In this document: positions 50,554-62,419 of the stretch, one piece after another
How the letters are laid out: each line of letters opens with the position of its first letter
How positions within the stretch are numbered: the first letter of the stretch is position 1
Source of the DNA: Eledone cirrhosa
Taxonomy: Eukaryota
Assembly: GCA_964016885.1 (NCBI GenBank)
Contig: OZ024740.1
Span: 183,954,001 to 184,018,000 of the forward strand
Length of the DNA stretch: 64,000 bases
Reading direction: 5' to 3'
Translations under genes and position numbers: made by a program
Notes under the pieces: model-generated
Seen by the model: only the letters and a program-made list of their open reading frames with translations
What the model was told of the DNA's origin: nothing
Databases searched by the model: none

Positions 50554-51692
50554 ATTGCACAAAACTTTACTGTATTACAGCCCCACATTATACCCTAACG
50601 AACAGTACGAACTATACGCGGATATTTTACGTCCTGATGTGGGAGCTAAGTATATGTTTTGTTTATTCCTTTACTTATTTGCATAGGTAAATATATATTA
50701 CCTGTATGTTTTGTGAAGGTTGTATACCTTCTCGTACGTATATTTGATTGTTATGGCGTATATTTTTTTTATATATTCTGGTATTTAGGGTTTGGCTATG
50801 TGTATACGGGAGTTTTGCGTCTGCGTGAGTATGCAGGTTCGTACGTATGATGGGGTGTGTGTATATGTGTACTTCTTGTTTTAGTTGACTTACGTCTCCG
50901 AACATTCGTGTATTTATATGTAGGTATGTGTGTGCGCTTGTTATATACGTATTTATTTACTTATATACGTTTATATAATTATTTATTTATTTGTACACAA
51001 GCATACACACACACACACATATTTATATGTGCGTGGTTGTATACCTATGGTACGGTTTTGCGTATGCTTGTGTATGTACGTATTTGTTTGCGTGTATGTA
51101 TTTATTTATTTCTATTACTTCTGTATTGTATTTATTTACTTTGTTCTTAACTCTGTTGCGGAGATTCATTTGGTCTCCTAGTTAGAATTTTAGTCTACGA
51201 CTTCTGCTATACCATTTACGTGGTTTTGTCTTTGCGTGCTATTGTTCTCCACGCTCCACATATGACTTATTATCTTCGTTTTTTCGTTCATTGCCAGAGA
51301 AAGTCTCTATGCACCACCTAAGAGAACATTAGTCTACGACCTCTTTTATACCTAAACGTGGTTCTGTCTTTGCGCGTAATTCTTTTTCACCGCTCCTTTT
51401 AATGACCTATTATTCGTTTTTTCCCGTTCTTTGCCAGCGAACGTTTCCACGAACCAAAGTATCGTCTTCCTGTCTTCCTCCGGTTGCAACGTTTTTTGAA
51501 ATATCCAGTTCTGCGTTTACAGATTGACTTTGTTAGTTTCAGAAGATCCCGTTAAGGGTGAAAGCAGCGATTCTTTGCTTAAACTTTAATCTGTTATGTT
51601 AATAAATATTTGCTCTACGGTTCTTATATATTTGATATATATTTATGCTTATCGAGCCCTCTTTGCATTCTAGTCTTCAATTTTATTATTAT

Positions 51693-51698
<6 letters not shown>
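50554..51698 (+). repeat. 3' pseudo-LTR
   Basis: Direct repeat of 47293-48434. Confidence 0.93.
51535..51585 (+). ncRNA. Hammerhead variant, second pLTR copy
   Basis: Same sequence as 48271-48321. Confidence 0.7.
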
Positions 51699-51731
<33 letters not shown>

Positions 51732-51733
51732 TA

Positions 51734-52411
51734 TAAACAATTAAGTTAAAAATGTACATCTACATATGCATACTGAAATACTAGTATGTATATGAATACA
51801 CACACGTATACATATGTAGATGTAACAAGTCTTTCACTGGTTACTTTACTGTGAGTAACCCAGCTATTCTGTATGTAAACACACAGACAAACCGGTTTTT
51901 AGAGTCATACTGGTTTTCGAGGAAACACCTTTCCTCTATTCTCCAGAAAGCCAGACAAGGAATATTGAACTAGTTTCGTTGTTGTTACAACTCATCAGCA
52001 ATATTTACCCATCTACCGCCTTTCTGGAGAATCGTAAAAGCACATATCGTTATATGCTTTTTCTATGAAAATTAGTAGTGGGCAGACTAATTTGCATAGA
52101 GTGTGAGTACGCACCGGTTCAGCGGAGACGATAAAAACAAATAACGAAACGAAATTAAATTTCGTTTCGTTTGTAACTCACTTTTGTATGACTGACGCTT
52201 AAACAATTAAGTTAAAAATGTACATCTACATATGCATACCGAAATACTAGTATGTATATGAATACACACACGTATACATATGTAGATGTAACAAGTCTTT
52301 CACTGGTTACTTTACTGTGAGTAACCCAGCTATTCTGTATGTAAACACACAGACAAACCGGTTTTTAGAGTCATACTGGTTTTCGAGGAAACACCTTTGC
52401 TCTATTCTCCA
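51734..52411 (-). mobile_element. Non-coding HHR-containing element: 466-bp unit with ~212-bp terminal redundancy (retrozyme-like)
   Basis: 51734-51945 is repeated at 52200-52411; HHR lies in the unique part; (TA)n on both sides. Confidence 0.75.
51961..52005 (-). ncRNA. Canonical minimal type I hammerhead ribozyme
   Basis: Minus strand AATATTG-CTGATGA-GTTGT(aaca)ACAAC-GAAA-CTAG-TT-CAATATT: 7-bp stem I, 5-bp stem II, palindromic ACTAGT stem III. Confidence 0.9.
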
Positions 52412-52413
52412 TG

Positions 52414-52417
<4 letters not shown>

Positions 52418-52456
<39 letters not shown>

Positions 52457-52534
52457 ATATATTTTATTATTATTACTATATATATATATATGTGTATATA
52501 TATATATGTGTGTGTGTGTGTGTTTGTGTGTGTG

Positions 52535-52593
<59 letters not shown>
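52418..52593. repeat. (TA)n/(TG)n microsatellites
   Basis: Direct inspection. Confidence 0.95.
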
Positions 52594-52597
<4 letters not shown>

Positions 52598-52793
52598 GTG
52601 TGTAACTTGTATGTAGCAATATTCGCAGGTGTGAAAAGGCAGGACTAAAACAGTACTCAATCGGGAAGAAAACAGAATTATCATAATATTTCATCAACTG
52701 AAGATACACACAATTTTTACGCCTCTCGTATTCTGGAGGTGTGGTCAACGTTGTGCTTTGGAACCTTGGGCAGTGCGTTTGTTTCATTATTAA

Positions 52794-52976
52794 TGGCAGT
52801 ATCAGTAGAGGGTTGGACGCCATGCATTGACACATGAAGTTACGGCCCTTGGCATTCTGAGTTCAAATCCCGTCGAGGTTAACTTTGCTTTTCATCCTTA
52901 TGGGGTCGATAAAATAAAGTACCAGTAATACACTGTGTATTTTACTGGCCTTGTGCCAATAGTAGAAACAATTATT
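52794..52976 (+). mobile_element. tRNA-type SINE, near full length
   Basis: A-box-like TGGCAGTATCAGT, B-box GAGTTCAAATCCC, family core, AGAAACAATTATT tail. Confidence 0.85.
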
Positions 52977-53019
52977 AAACAATATAATATAATATATACA
53001 TACATATATATAAATATAT

Positions 53020-53237
53020 AAAACAAAGAAAGTATGGTAATGAACCAGGTGGATCATAACGCACCAGAGTACTCGATACTTAGGGTAGTAGATTAGGTAA
53101 TAGGAAAAGTGTCAGCACCCCGACGGCTGAGCTCCGGTCGTTTCGACAGCTAGATCCGAACTCGGATCCGCGTTCGGAACTAGCTGTCGAAACGGCCGGA
53201 GCTCAGCCGTCTGGTGGGATCCTGACTATTTTCCTTT
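53020..53237. mobile_element. Fold-back element, relative of 1005-1209
   Basis: Imperfect inverted arms at 53102-53236; same unique flank; TA-rich borders. Confidence 0.65.
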
Positions 53238-53626
53238 ATATATATATATATATATTAATATATATCTGTGTGTGTGCGTGTGTGTGTGTAAGTATGTGAG
53301 TGTATGTGTGCAGAGAGAGAGTGAGAGAAAGATACAGAGAAAGAAAAAATATGTATAGAGAGAAAGGAAACGTAGCTTCACTTTTCGAGATACATTGAAA
53401 ACTCGACTATATTCTAGTTTCTTCTTTCATATCAAGGATTTTCATATTTTCATAAAAATCCATTGCAGTTAGTTTCGAACAGTAACCATCACCTATTAAT
53501 GATCAGAATTCACTTTTTATTACAAAAATATCTAACACGCTGAAAAGTTTCAAATTCCCATGGAAATATACTGAACAACTACATTCTCTCTGCGTAGAAT
53601 AATAGGGCAGAAAAAGACACAAACCC

Positions 53627-53680
53627 AACTTCATCCTGAAGACATAATTGCGCAGGTTTCGAAACATTCATGATGAAGTT
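53627..53680 (+). ncRNA. Decayed hammerhead motif
   Basis: AACTTCATC-CTGAAGA...GAAA...GATGAAGTT: 9-bp stem I around core motifs; stems II and III eroded. Confidence 0.5.
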
Positions 53681-55750
53681 TGAAACTTTGTATTTCAGAT
53701 TAACCGAAAGGTACTAATACAATACGAAGAAAGCTTCGACACATTTAAAACTGGAACAAAAACGTTTTTTTCAATTCCTACACACACAAACACAGATACA
53801 TGCATGCCCACCCACACACACATAGTCAGGTTCGTATTTGTTACCATCTGTTTCGATGTGCGATCAATTAAATACGCATATATATAATCATACATTATTT
53901 CATAGCTCCTGGTTTCTAAATATTTCGTGCCATTGTAAACATACTGAAGCAAATGAATGTTGGTTCACGAATAAAAACAAAATCTATAGAAACAATCTTG
54001 AAAAGAATAACACGATAAAACAATAACCCACATAAAGTTTCTCTATTCATCTAGCTTTCTACAATAGTTCCAAGATGGCAGTAGAGATCTATACCATTCT
54101 CTGTGCATTACGTAATAACAACACCTATGTCTGTAGCGTCCGGTAATTTTCTTACGGCTGTCAGATTTATTCGACTCTAAGATGTAGTCTTACCAACCAC
54201 ATTTCATGATATATTTTAATGTAGTTTTATTCTTTTCAAATTGCCTAAACGTATAATTTTCTGTCTACCTATTTTCCTTTCTTGCTAGTTTCAAAATAAT
54301 TATATACATATTCCAGGGACATCACTAATTAAATGTTGATTTTTTGTGAATATATGTATGCTTTTATACGTTTATTCTATCCATAATATTTTTACTTTCT
54401 CAAAACAATTTCACTTCCATTTAAATTACTATTGAACAATTGTCTTCTGAATTAGTAGAAAAAGACAAAAAAGATAAAATACATTTTGTTTTTGTTTGCT
54501 TCCTAGAGGACTCATTAAACCTTTAACAATAATGATACATCGATTTTATTTTCTACACACAAATCTATTTCTTTTGTGTAATCTTAATGGAAAATAAACC
54601 AATCTATTGTTTTCCTTGTGTGTCTTCTTAACAAGTTAATTGAAATTTCTAATTGTTAGTAATCAATTTAGGCGTTTTTCTTATTCACGAATACATCCAC
54701 AGCTGGCCAAGTTGATAGGACTTAAGGCTGCCAATCAAAAGGTATGTAGCTTCAGACGATAAATGCGCATCTACAAAATCAATTGACGTTTAAAAAATAG
54801 CACTTTAATGCTTAAAATGGAGATACACGGAAACAACGAGGGAAGAAATAGGTGATCATTAAATCCGATAGAAATATCAGTCAAATATACCTGAGATAAC
54901 ACCAAACCATCGAGATAATATATATTGTGAGGTAATTTCCTAGTAATAACATCTAGGTCATAGTTATCTCACACTGTCCCATAAAATGATTCACATCTCA
55001 AACAATAGGATTCGAGAAGAGTGGTTATGATAACTCCGTTGTATAGTGGTATGCCGAGAAATAAAGAGACGACTATCATTTGGGTAAAGTTCTACATTTA
55101 GAAGATATTTCGGTTTTCATTTTAAATTGTATACCTTCCAAGAAATTACTAAAACGGCTGAACTGATCTGTAGGAGGGCTGTTGGACGGCCACTCACAGT
55201 GGCCCTTTTCTGTAAAGTGAGGGAACTTTGAGCGAAGGGCTATCAGGCTATTCTCATGAACTAACAAATTACTAGAGCTATAGAAGGAAAAACCGATAAA
55301 GATTAAACCGGTTCCTGGAAACATGTGTTTACAAAAGTCTTCATCTTACAAGGTCTTCTAGACATCGTATTTGTCCCATATTCGGCACAAAAATGTTTGT
55401 GTCGAAGTCAAATTTGTTTTTCATTTCTCTAGAGTCTATAAAATATATTACCAATCAAGTACTGACGTTGATATAAATGGAATTCGACTGTCTCAAATTG
55501 CTGGCTTTGTACCTCAATTTGAAACCATTCTCCTCTCGGGAAATAGTATGAATGAAGCCAAATGTATAAAAGTACATTTTAAAATAATTGGTTATATTTG
55601 TTGATATAAAATTCACAATGTTCTATGCAGATTCGATCCGGGAATTGTGGATTTAGGACTATATTTCCAGTATCTGTCTTGCTATTTAACAACGGCATGA
55701 TGTAATTTGATGATGTTCTAGCTTCCATTTCATAATGCTAGGCTATAAGT

Positions 55751-56000
55751 GGAGGCGTGTGGCCTAGTGGTAAGGATGTTTGGCTTACCATCATAATGTT
55801 GTGGGTTCGATTCTTGGACAGTGTTGTGTGTTGTGTTTTTGAGTAAAACATTTCATTTCCCGTTGCTCTAGTATAATAAGATGAAAGTTAGTAGCAGTAA
55901 TATATTGAGGATGGAGTGACATCATGTCCAGGGAGATGTCTTGTACTCTCAGTCGCTGCATGTCAGGGAAATCGGGATAAGCACCGGTCTGATGACCCAT
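55751..56000 (+). mobile_element. Second tRNA-derived SINE family (CORE-like)
   Basis: GGCGTGTGGCCTAGTGGTAAG (A box), GGGTTCGATTC (B box), then GTGTTTTTGAGTAAAACATTT. Related minus-strand remnant at ~45960-46060. Confidence 0.75.
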
Positions 56001-58883
56001 CGGATTACAGACAGATTTTAGACATTTTACTGCAATAACGTACAGTCTCACTTTTGGCGCAACCTTCACAATGCGCATTATCTATTTGTTTATCAGTAAA
56101 GTGCAATTGGCTAGTAATTAAATGAAACAATTTATTCCTCTACAACAGTTCTGGTATAGTGAAATGTATTTCCTGCACATCTACATATCATCATATTTAA
56201 TGTTTATTATGGTAAGTTTGAAAATGGAGAAAGCCAATTTTAGTGGAAGACAAATAGCGGGAATTGACTTGTTTATTTTATCAACTTCAGAAAGAGTAAA
56301 TGCAAATATCTTTAGTGAGATTCGAACTCACAATATAGATAAAACAACAATACCAACAACACATTTCTAAAATAAGGCACTTAGTCTGAATCAGTTCGAT
56401 TCGGTCTGGTGCATCACTATTTCTGTCAACTTGCCGCCATAAATTTATAAATAATATTTTCATTTAGATTCTAGTTGAGTAACAAGATTGATTTCAACTT
56501 TTATTCAGACTGCTGATTAAAATAACATTAGTGACTATACTTTACTTTCGTTTTATACAAATACACTCGATAAGATGATGACTAATGCATTAATAATTTA
56601 CTGCATTAACATCATTATTTTCGCCCCCACTACCACTCATATATTCATCATTGTGTTTGTCACTACCATCATTACTGTTGTCATTATCTATCGTCCATCT
56701 GCTTACCAACTTTGAACAGGAACACTATAACAAAGAATCATATAGATTATCTTTAGAAATTCATCATGTCCATTTTGACAGTATTCTATGAAGATATTCT
56801 TAGTTAGCAAACACAGATGCAGAAATTTATTGATGTCATAGCTAACTATATTTGGCAGTAAGAAACTGCATATGTATTTAGATCCATTTTCAAAGGTTCT
56901 AAAACTTAGCATCAAACGAATTTCAAAGATAGATGAAAATTGATCACTTATGCATAATTAAGTTTGTTCTGAGGTTGGTAAAAGTTTTTCTATTTATGTT
57001 CAGGTTACAAGGCAATGAACGATGACGAAGAAAATTCTTTATGACATAAATTGTCCGTATAAAACAACCATACATCAGATAATTTATTAGTAATGGAGAA
57101 AATGACTTGGCTAAACTTTTTATTTTATTTTTCTAATCTGCATTACATAAGGTAACAATAACTTTAAATAAGAAGTAAGCAACAAGCAAGCTAAATTTAA
57201 TATTGAGAAACCTGTTTCAATTCCTGTTTAAACTCATTTTATATCCTCTTTTTCTCACAGTGTTAATCTAATCCTTAATAGATCATTTGAATGATAAATT
57301 CTAGCATAGTAAAGATCGTCAAGTCTTTTGCCGGGAAAATTAAGCCTTATTATTTTAAGAACGAATGACACGTGTAGTTGTAGATAATATATGTCTGAGT
57401 AATTAGACAAGAGTATTACAAGTGGAACATCCTGGCTTATTGGTATGCTCGATCAGAAATAATTTGTGACTAAGCAACAGTAACAACAAGTTTAACTGAA
57501 TCAGCGCAACAGATTTCATCTCACATTCCTTCTGCCGTCCTATTTTTTCTATTAATTATAACACCTGAAGTTTCAATAGTCGAGAGGAAGTAATTCAACA
57601 TTTTTTTTTTAAATGCAGTATAATTCGAGCTTAAAATCATATCTAAGTGCTTAGAGTAACACTTAAAAAAAACAAAAACTCATGAAGTAAACCTTATTTC
57701 AGATCTTCAAACCAAAAAAGAAAAATCAACTTGATATTACAAACGAACTTTCTGTTTGGTAATATGTATATAAATACGAGAAGCGATATGGCTGGTATAC
57801 TATCGTGACTACTATATAATTACAGAAACGAGTAAAAATATAAATGAATATATATTTTTACACGAATTACTCGGTGTAAATAATGTAGCAGGATGAGGTT
57901 TGCAAAGCCTATTACTCGATTGTAATAAATAAACTAACTCATATTCAGACTAGACTCCTAGCCTAAATACAGAGGGTACTCAGCTAAAGACACTCGAGGA
58001 CCAGCGTGTAAGGTAATGCTAGAATGGGATATTAGAAGCTTTAAGCAGATCCTTCAACAGGCTTCTACAAAGTTTTCGCGAATTTGGTAGAATATTCTTA
58101 CCTAAGGTGCTATGTAATATGATTGAACCGAAAATTCCAGAGGCACAAAGTGAGAATCTTAACCATACAGTTATGTTTCCGTCCGTACTTAAATTATAGA
58201 TTATATTTTGAGAACTATCTTTAGATTTCACCATCACCATTTGAAAGAGTTCAAATCATGTTACTTAATAAAGAACATTTACAAATGTCAGTTATAAAAT
58301 AAAGGGTTTCATTCTATATTTTTATTTTTCTTGCTTAACTAAACGCGTTTGGGTGGTAACATTATGCTTGCATAGTGAAAAACTATAATTGATTTTTACA
58401 GTTAGAAATTGCGTAATTTGCTGAATTGCGAACAGGTAATTGATTATTTAGTATATAGCTTAATGGCACACTATAGAAAATAAGAAATCTTCGAATATGA
58501 GAATTTTAAGTTAATACTATTCAACACTTATTTCCTTACAATAGTAATTAGTAGCATAATGAATTACATTTAGTGTAGAAGCCGACTACTATTGAAGAGA
58601 TAGATGTCAATTTAATTCGCTAAATTTATAATACTTGGAAACCAAATTGGGAGAAATATATATAAGTTAATCTACAACCAATATACATACATACCTATAG
58701 AGAGATTTATTTAATTATGTCTCATATAAAATAATACAACCAGCTATCCACGGAATACTGTATAGTTACCACCCCAAACACTAAATAAGGATTATACTTA
58801 AGTATATCCTAATGTTTGTTGAGTGAGATGGAGTTGGTCAGATTATCGCTTACAGCTTTCTCTGTTAATTTATTAAATACATA

Positions 58884-58966
<83 letters not shown>

Positions 58967-59095
58967 TATATATATTATATATATATATATATGGAGTTTA
59001 AGCTAACATAGAGTTTTTTTATCATGAAAATAGTCTAATATATTAAATAAACTTTCAGCCGGTTGATTCAGCTAACACAGAATATACTAACTATA

Positions 59096-59127
<32 letters not shown>

Positions 59128-59524
59128 CGCTCCACACGCAAGAAAAGTAATAAGAAAACTAGTTACATTACTAAGTAACTCCAAATGCTTGAAAATAATA
59201 CGCAGTGTCTTTCTTATGGCGTATGGTAACAAAAGAGTTAATAATTTTTCTGCTGAGAAGTTATTAATAAGAGAGACAATGTTTGTGAGTGGGCTCGGAA
59301 AAAAAGGAGAAGATATAGTGAGGTGATGGTGCATTGGGACTAATTTCAGTAAGAAAATATGAAAAAGTCCTGTTTATGTGTAGGGGAAAGGGGGACTGAG
59401 GTGGAAATGGAAGAAGAAGGATAAACAAAGTTTGAAAATGTGTTTACTTTTTAAATAATTTCTCAAAGTATGTTTGAGATGAGATTCACTTGAGTCTGTG
59501 CGAGAATTGAGATCGAATATACAC

Positions 59525-59578
<54 letters not shown>

Positions 59579-59720
59579 CTGTGTGTGTCTGTGTATGTGT
59601 GGGTGTGTCTGTGTCTGTGTCTGTGCGTACGAATGTGTGTACAATTGTATGTTAATCAATATGGGTGTATATGTGTATGTCGATATGAGGTAACGATCTC
59701 AATGTGTGAAATCCCACACG

Positions 59721-59789
<69 letters not shown>

Positions 59790-59791
<2 letters not shown>

Positions 59792-60615
59792 TAAATATAT
59801 TTAAGTCGTTTGGAAGCCTCGACAATGCAAATGGGTAAATCTCCGGGTAACAAGATCCGGTGGTGGAGAGAGAGATGTAAGTGGGTTTACGTTGAGATGC
59901 GTGGTATGTAAAGATGTGTAAATGTGTAGAAGAAAGAAGGGAAGAGTATAAAGGATAAAATAAAAATAACAACACAAGAAAGAGTTACCTTGGGAGAGAT
60001 TTAATAGTCCCTATATATTTCGGATTCACATTCATCAACTGGGGTTTTTTTTCCGGGGAAAAGGTTGTCTGTCAGACAGGTGCAAAACGCGTCCTACGCT
60101 GTTTGTTGTTTTGAATATGTGAGGTATTCGGCAGAGCGCGCGTGCGCGTGAAATGGGGTCGGTCGGGCAGAGGTCAGCGGCCGAATGAGGGAGTGGGGTG
60201 GCGCCAGCTGTCAGTCCATTCTCTGCCTGTTTGTTAAATGTTACGGTGTGCGTGCGTGTGTTGTTGTCTCGCTTGAGTGTGTGTGTGTGTGCGTGTGTAG
60301 TTGCCTTGTTCCTCTGTATTGGCAGTGTAGTATGTTCGTATGGTGGAATGCTACTGTGTGTGTAGTTGTCTCGTTTGTGTGTGCGTGTGTTGTGTGTTGC
60401 TACATCGTTTGTTAACTTAAACCAGCCATCTGATTTCGCTTCTCTCTAATCGGTTGTTCATTTGCGGTTGCAGGCGTTTGATAAAAAGTGCTTCCTTGAT
60501 ACGTAACGTGCCGACGTTTCTTTCAGACGCTAGAATTGTGACAATGGGTCTTCCGTCTTTGTTTCCGCATTTGTCTATGTGTTTCCGGAGAGACGAGGCC
60601 CTTGTTTTAGTGCGT
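59790..60615 (-). mobile_element. PLE 3' end (GIY-YIG tail plus pLTR) between (TA)n tracts
   Basis: Minus 60540-60418 reads VTILASERNVGTLRIKEALFIKRLQPQMNNRLE...*. HHR-like TTGATGA..GAAATATATAGGG at 60009-60044. Confidence 0.78.
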
Positions 60616-60739
60616 TATATATATATATATATATTATATATATGTTATATATATATATATACATATAAATATATACATATAAATATATACACACACACAT
60701 ATATATGAGAAAAACCACAGACCCTCCATCTCAACTCTA

Positions 60740-60776
60740 CTTTTGATAAGCAGAAGAACTGCGAAACCGGCAAAGG
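60740..60776 (+). ncRNA. Decayed minimal hammerhead motif
   Basis: CTT-TTGATAA-GCAG(aagaa)CTGC-GAAA-CCGG-CA-AAG: correct geometry, three transitions away from the canonical core. Confidence 0.5.
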
Positions 60777-60989
60777 AACCAATTAAATATATATATTTTT
60801 TTTAAAATAAGACTCCAGTTGCATTTTCGATTTCATCTTTTTTTCTTTATACTTTCACTCGTGTAGGACACCTCGGTTATTTTTCAATTTGTAAACAAAT
60901 CCTCACTTTCTAATATATATGAGTATATATATATTTCGTTTTTGAATTTGTTTTATAAAATTTGTTATCTGAAAACATGTGTTGAAACA

Positions 60990-61470
60990 GATATTGTTAT
61001 ACTTTTGGAGGGTCATGGGGCCAATAAAAACACACGCACCTGTTGGTTATCACTTCAGTTTATTATAAATTTCCGGTTTGTTGGCTTGTTGGTTGGTTCG
61101 ATAAAAGGGTGGCCGTTTATATATTGTGATGGCTCTTTCGTCCTCAGTGACTAGGTTTTTATTTTGTGTGTTTCTCCTTTGTTCTGTCCTACATCGTCTT
61201 ATTTTTGTATGTTGTGTGCTTAGTTTGCGCATGTGTTACATGCCGTTGTGTTTGTTTTAATTTATTTATGTGTTTATTTACGTGTCATTATTTGGTTGTT
61301 TGTTCTATCTGTGCGTGTCTGATTTGTTTTGTTAGTTTGATTTGTGTGTCTGTATGTCTTCATTTTGTCCTTAATTTCTAGTTGTGATGTTGCTATTCAA
61401 CTTATATTTTCTGGTAAGTTTGGTTGGAAATCGTTTATGTCTCGTGTCTCTGTGATTTGCCTGACCATTA
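60990..61470 (-). mobile_element. PLE 3' end/pLTR, diverged relative of 200-690
   Basis: Reverse complement aligns by eye with 205-690. HHR reduced to GTCACTGAGGACGAAAGAGC (stem II deleted). Confidence 0.82.
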
Positions 61471-61519
61471 GATATACAGACACACACAAAAACCAAACTA
61501 ACAAAATGAATCAGGCGTT

Positions 61520-62350
61520 TTAGTCTCCAATTTAATGTGACATAGTGACCAGACTTTAATTCCTAGTCTACCAAAGGCTTTTTGCTGCCTTGTGTATACG
61601 AAATGTAATTTCCGTATTCAATTTGCCATCACCTTATATCATTCTGCCAAGGTATTCGAAGGAGGTCACTACCTTTAGTATTGTGCCCTTAACGAGGATA
61701 AGGGGTGAAGCTGTATGCTCTCTAGGAGCATTTTGATGCATTACACAGCACAAGCATCGTCGAAACCAATGATCAGGCTTTGCAAGCCATCTTCGGTGTG
61801 ATTTAGAAGATTGCAGCCATCTGTATATAGAAATTCTGGATGAAATAGGGGAAGAATTTAGAGTTGAATTTCATTCTAGTCAAATTGAACACATTGCCAG
61901 AGGAGCGATATCGGATAAAGCGGCTATCTGTTGGTGTTGCAAATACATTTAAGAGTATCACCGCAAAAGAGATGGCGAAGAGTTTTGGTGCTTCAAGGTC
62001 AGCCTGCTTTGCTCCATTTGCCATTGAAAACGGATCTGAAAGAATACGACCAAAAATATACTTATGGGCGGGTGGCTTTAATCAAATTCACAAACTTTTC
62101 AGGCCAGCCAAAATCGTTCAACACCAATTAAAATGCAGTCCTATAAACAGTATCGAAAGCTTTGCTAAGATCTAAAAAGCAATGACAGCTGGCGGATAGT
62201 AAAAATCATGTCAAATGTCCCGCAGAGGGGCGAAAACGACACTGTGATTCTGACACAACTCTTAGAACGATGAATGTGTGAAAAAGCTTTGAAAGAATAC
62301 ACGAGAGTCCTTTCTAACAATAGATAACAAATATATGCTACGAAAGATAC
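61520..62350 (-). pseudogene. RTE-clade LINE reverse transcriptase fragment
   Basis: DMIFTIRQL, FLDLSKAFDTV, GWPEKFVNLI, NGAKQ..APKLF, IRYRSSGNVFNLTR, FEYLG. Confidence 0.8.
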
Positions 62351-62419
62351 CACATAAAGCCTTAGGAGCAGGCATATAAAGTGTATATATATATAAAGTG
62401 TATATATATATAGAGAGAG

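Larger units (their letters stand above)
47271..51698 (+). mobile_element. Near-complete Penelope-like element (Hydra-clade-like) with two direct pLTRs, in (TA)n
   Basis: Direct repeats 47293-48434 and 50554-51698 bracket an RT plus GIY-YIG ORF; a 22-bp inverted piece lies at the 5' end. Confidence 0.93.

Noticed and set aside
47584-51185. Duplicated hydrophobic ORFs in the pLTRs
   Set aside because: Products of TG/TA-rich low-complexity pLTR sequence.
55751-55825. tRNA gene
   Set aside because: A and B boxes present but no full cloverleaf; continues into a SINE body.
54000-59400. Host exons in the unique-looking AT-rich region (also 9.8-19 kb)
   Set aside because: Only short ORFs without recognisable domains; small exons cannot be excluded without transcript data.
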